From Candidatus Latescibacterota bacterium (GTDB lineage: Bacteria; Latescibacterota; UBA2968; UBA8231), in NCBI GenBank assembly GCA_965261395.1, contig OZ253462.1:5792001-5856000 (forward strand): a DNA stretch of 64,000 bases. The letters run 5' to 3'. A program made the translations under genes and the position numbers. Positions 61,064-64,000 of the stretch are shown one piece after another (the stretch's first letter is position 1; the number at the start of each line of letters is the position of its first letter). The notes beneath the pieces were generated by a model. It worked only from the letters and a program-made list of their open reading frames with translations. It did not search any database and had not been told where the DNA came from.

Positions 61064-62561
61064 CTATTCAATATATATGACATAGATAGCCCCGCCGCTG
61101 GCGAATGCGATGCGTTGGCCGTCGGGCGACCAAGACGGATACCAGCCGTTTGTGAGTCGGGTCCGGTTTTTTCCGTCGGCATCTATGACATAGATAGCCG
61201 AGCCGCTGGCGAATGCGATGCGTTGGCCGTCGTCGGGCGACCAAGACGGATACCAGCCGTTTGTGAGTCGGGTCTGGTTTTTTCCGTCGGCATCCATGAC
61301 ATAGATAGCCCCAGTCACGTTATGTCCCGTCGTGGTTTTCGTTCTGTGGAGGCGGACGAATGCGATGCGTTGGCCGTCGGGCGACCAAGACGGACCCTCG
61401 TCCGACCAATTCGGATCCTCGTCATGGACAGTGTGGTCTGTGAGTCGGGTCTGGTTTTTTCCGTCGGCATCCATGACATAGATAGCCCCGTCGGAGGCGA
61501 ATGCGATGCGTTGGCCGTCGGGCGACCAAGACGGATACCAGCCGTTTGTGAGTCGGGTCTGGTTTTTTCCGTCGGCATCCATGACATAGATAGCCCCGTC
61601 GCGGTAGGAGTCGACTGCGATGCGTTGGCCGTCGGGCGACCAAGACGGATGCCGGTCACCGGTAGGGTCGTCTGTGAGTTGGGTCCGGTTTTTTCCGTCG
61701 GCATCCATGACATAGATAGCCATATCCCAGTCTCTGTTTAGGTGGCCGAGGACGGTGAATGCGATGCGTTGGCCGTCGGGCGACCAAGACGGATGCCGTT
61801 CATCGTCAGAGTTGTCTGTGACTTGGGTTATGGAGCCACTGGTGATAGGAGAGGATTCTTGCGGCTCTTCGGCTTGTTCGTTTTGGGGTCCTTGGGCTCC
61901 TGGAGGTCCTGGAGGTCCTTGTTGACCCTGTTCGCCTTGGGGTCCTTGGGGTCTTCAGGCCCTGGCGGTCTTCAGGCCCTGGCGGCCCTGGCGGTCCTTG
62001 TTCGCCCTGTTGGCCCTGTTCGCCTTGAGGACCTAGAGGTCCTTGTCCGCCCTGGGGTCCTTGGGGTCCTTCAGGCCCTGGAGGCCCTTCAGGCCCTGGC
62101 GGTCCTTCAGGCCCTGGAGGCCCTAGCGGTCCTTGTTGGCCCTGTTGGCCCTGTTCGCCTTGTTGGCCCTGTTGGCCCTGGGGTCCTTGAATTGCTTCGC
62201 CTTGTTCGCCTTGTTCGCCTTGTTCGCCTTGTTCGCCTTGTTCGCCTTGTTCGCCTTGTTCGCCCTGGGGTCCTTGAATTGCTTCACCTTGGGGTCCTTG
62301 TTCGCCCGTATCGCCCTGGGGTCCCTGGGGTCCTTGTTCGCCCTGTTGGCCCTGTTCGCCTTGGGGTCCTTGAATTGCTTCACCTTGGGGTCCCTGAATT
62401 GCTTCGCCTTGGATTCCTTGTTCGCCCTGTTGGCCCTGTTGGCCCTTTTCCCCTTGGGTTCCTTGCGGCCCCATCGGCCCCGTCTGCCCCGGCGGCCCCT
62501 GCGGCCCTGAGCAGGTGGCGAGGCCGAACGCTAATAACGATAAAAACGCAAAGTACTTCAT
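61064..62561 (-). pseudogene. Collagen-repeat + TolB/PD40 beta-propeller exported protein, split by two 1-nt deletions
   Basis: [17 protein letters not shown] leader; Gly-X-Y; gaagga->gaaga twice near 61950-61972; repeated PSWSPDGQRIAF. Confidence 0.82.
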
Positions 62562-62644
62562 GGCCGGTCTCCTTTCGGATAGCTGAGCATACAGAGTTTT
62601 GAAGAGGTCGTTAGTCATTCAACGCCATTGTCCGCTACGCGGGG

Positions 62645-63403
62645 CTAAAAGTGAAGCGTCAGTCTGGCTCCTGATACATCGGGCCAGACCACAGGATCGA
62701 CACCGAGCGTGCCTCGGTCGCCATCAAACTCCAACAGATGCCCATAAGCAGGATTAGATTGCTGACTTTGCTTATTGATTCGCATGGCAGAGAGGGGGGC
62801 GTCAATCACAGACCACACATGGGCGCAGGCCCAAAGAATACCCCCGGGCAGGGCGCGCGTTTTATTATTTCCTTCAGGATCGGTCCAATGATAATAAGGA
62901 TTACCATCCGCATCTTGCCCATAAGCCTTATAATTATCCTGCACCCCAATAAACACGAGCCCGGCCCCTGCGGCTACGGCCCCGAGTTGGACCATTCCCT
63001 TGGTGTATTGATCATTATAGAATTGGCCGGTTCCAGGCATCACAATCGATAGGGCGAAAGCCAGCCAAGGCTCTTTCTTTTTGACCCTAACCTGCCCTTG
63101 CATCTCCAGCATAGACTCCTTGGCCTCGTCGGTGGGGTCCTCCGGTTTGGGGTCTGGCTTGGCCTTAACCTCCGGCTCCAGCACCGGTTCCTTGACGATT
63201 TTGGCAATCTCGTCCAGCGTATAGAGGAACACGCTGCCGCCTTGGGTTTGGATCTTCAGCGATTCACCCGGAATCTGCTCGATGATGGTGCCGCGGACGA
63301 TGGTGCCATCCTTCAAGTAAACGACATCTTCCAGCGACTGGGCGAAAAGCGGCGCGGTCGCGACAAAAGCGGTCAGGCACGTGACTAGGATAAAACGTAG
63401 CAT
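62645..63403 (-). CDS. Exported/membrane protein, duplicate copy 2
   Basis: Near-identical to 60046-60825. Confidence 0.75.
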   Translation of the reverse strand: MLRFILVTCLTAFVATAPLFAQSLEDVVYLKDGTIVRGTIIEQIPGESLKIQTQGGSVFLYTLDEIAKIVKEPVLEPEVKAKPDPKPEDPTDEAKESMLEMQGQVRVKKKEPWLAFALSIVMPGTGQFYNDQYTKGMVQLGAVAAGAGLVFIGVQDNYKAYGQDADGNPYYHWTDPEGNNKTRALPGGILWACAHVWSVIDAPLSAMRINKQSQQSNPAYGHLLEFDGDRGTLGVDPVVWPDVSGARLTLHF

Positions 63404-63553
63404 GTCTTCTTCCTTTCTAAGCCCATGAACAAAAGAGCGATCTGATAAATAGAATAGCTCTTTATAGGGCATGTTCCCATCCTCCAAGGGATAAAGATAA
63501 GCTCCAAGCGGACAGGGAATGTCCGTTGATTATAAAAAATTAAAAAAATCAGC

Positions 63554-64000
63554 TTATTCTTTTTCACCATGACGACTCAACAAACGTTTCATGCTTTCTT
63601 TTTCCGCCCAGTGTAGCGGCGTCTCGCCATTCTTGTTCTTCGCGTTGACATTAGCCCCGTTTCTCAGCAACACCTCGACTGTATTATAATTACTGTTACG
63701 TGCCGCATGGTGCAGCGGCGTATCGCCATCCTTGTTTTTTGCGTTGACATCGGCCCCATTTTTCAGCAACACCTCGGCTGTATTAGTAGCATTGTTCAAT
63801 GCCCCCCAGTGCAGCGGCGTCCAGCCATTCTTGTTTGTGGCGTGGATGTCGGCTCCCTGCTTGAGCAACACCTCGGCCGTTGCAGCCGCATTATTCCACG
63901 CCGCATGGTGCAGCGGCGTCCAGCCATGTTTGTCTTGGGCATTGATATCAGCCCCCTGCTTGAGCAAGACCTCAACTGCTTCATAGGCATTCTTAGACGC
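63554..64000 (-). CDS. Ankyrin-repeat protein (5' end outside window)
   Basis: Four G.TPLH.A...N....EVLL..GA.VNA repeats. Confidence 0.9.
   Translation of the reverse strand, partial: ASKNAYEAVEVLLKQGADINAQDKHGWTPLHHAAWNNAAATAEVLLKQGADIHATNKNGWTPLHWGALNNATNTAEVLLKNGADVNAKNKDGDTPLHHAARNSNYNTVEVLLRNGANVNAKNKNGETPLHWAEKESMKRLLSRHGEKE

Noticed and set aside
60845-62602. Plus-strand ORFs of 298 and 286 aa, and regularly spaced repeats resembling a CRISPR array
   Set aside because: Antisense to PD40 and collagen coding repeats; no unique spacers and no cas genes

Overview
A bacterial chromosomal window in which GC-rich housekeeping and catabolic genes (RsmF-like MTase, PhyH dioxygenases, Gfo/Idh/MocA, proA, htpG, ddl, creatininases, CBM9-like proteins) alternate with five accessory blocks. 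(1) 1-2788: a DGQHR/DndB-family gene coupled to a compact SNF2 helicase. (2) ~11.86-26.43 kb: an integron-type cassette array with 4-5 attC sites and no integrase in the window. It is built from three tandem units, each starting with a copy of the 3' end of the neighbouring SDR gene plus a conserved promoter and attI-like module, and it ends in three HEPN-motif genes. (3) ~31.9-39.5 kb: a vapBC-flanked island with an IS-disrupted KAP NTPase and a coupled operon of ImmA/IrrE peptidase, divergent thymidylate-synthase-like protein, dTMP kinase fused to a 5-hmdU DNA kinase-like domain, and a second thymidylate synthase. This is the best candidate for an uncharacterised pyrimidine/DNA-modification, probably defence, system. 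(4) ~42.3-47.4 kb: three tandem, partly deleted BlaI/BlaR1(M56) units with different C-terminal domains. (5) ~58.4-64 kb: a tandem duplication of a membrane protein plus collagen-stalk exported protein with swapped tip domains (FN3 versus PD40 propeller), followed by an ankyrin gene. Mobile DNA includes two IS5 elements, IS630 and IS701 remnants and an IS5-dependent MITE. No rRNA, tRNA or CRISPR array was recognised. Family assignments come from motif recognition by eye, not database searches.
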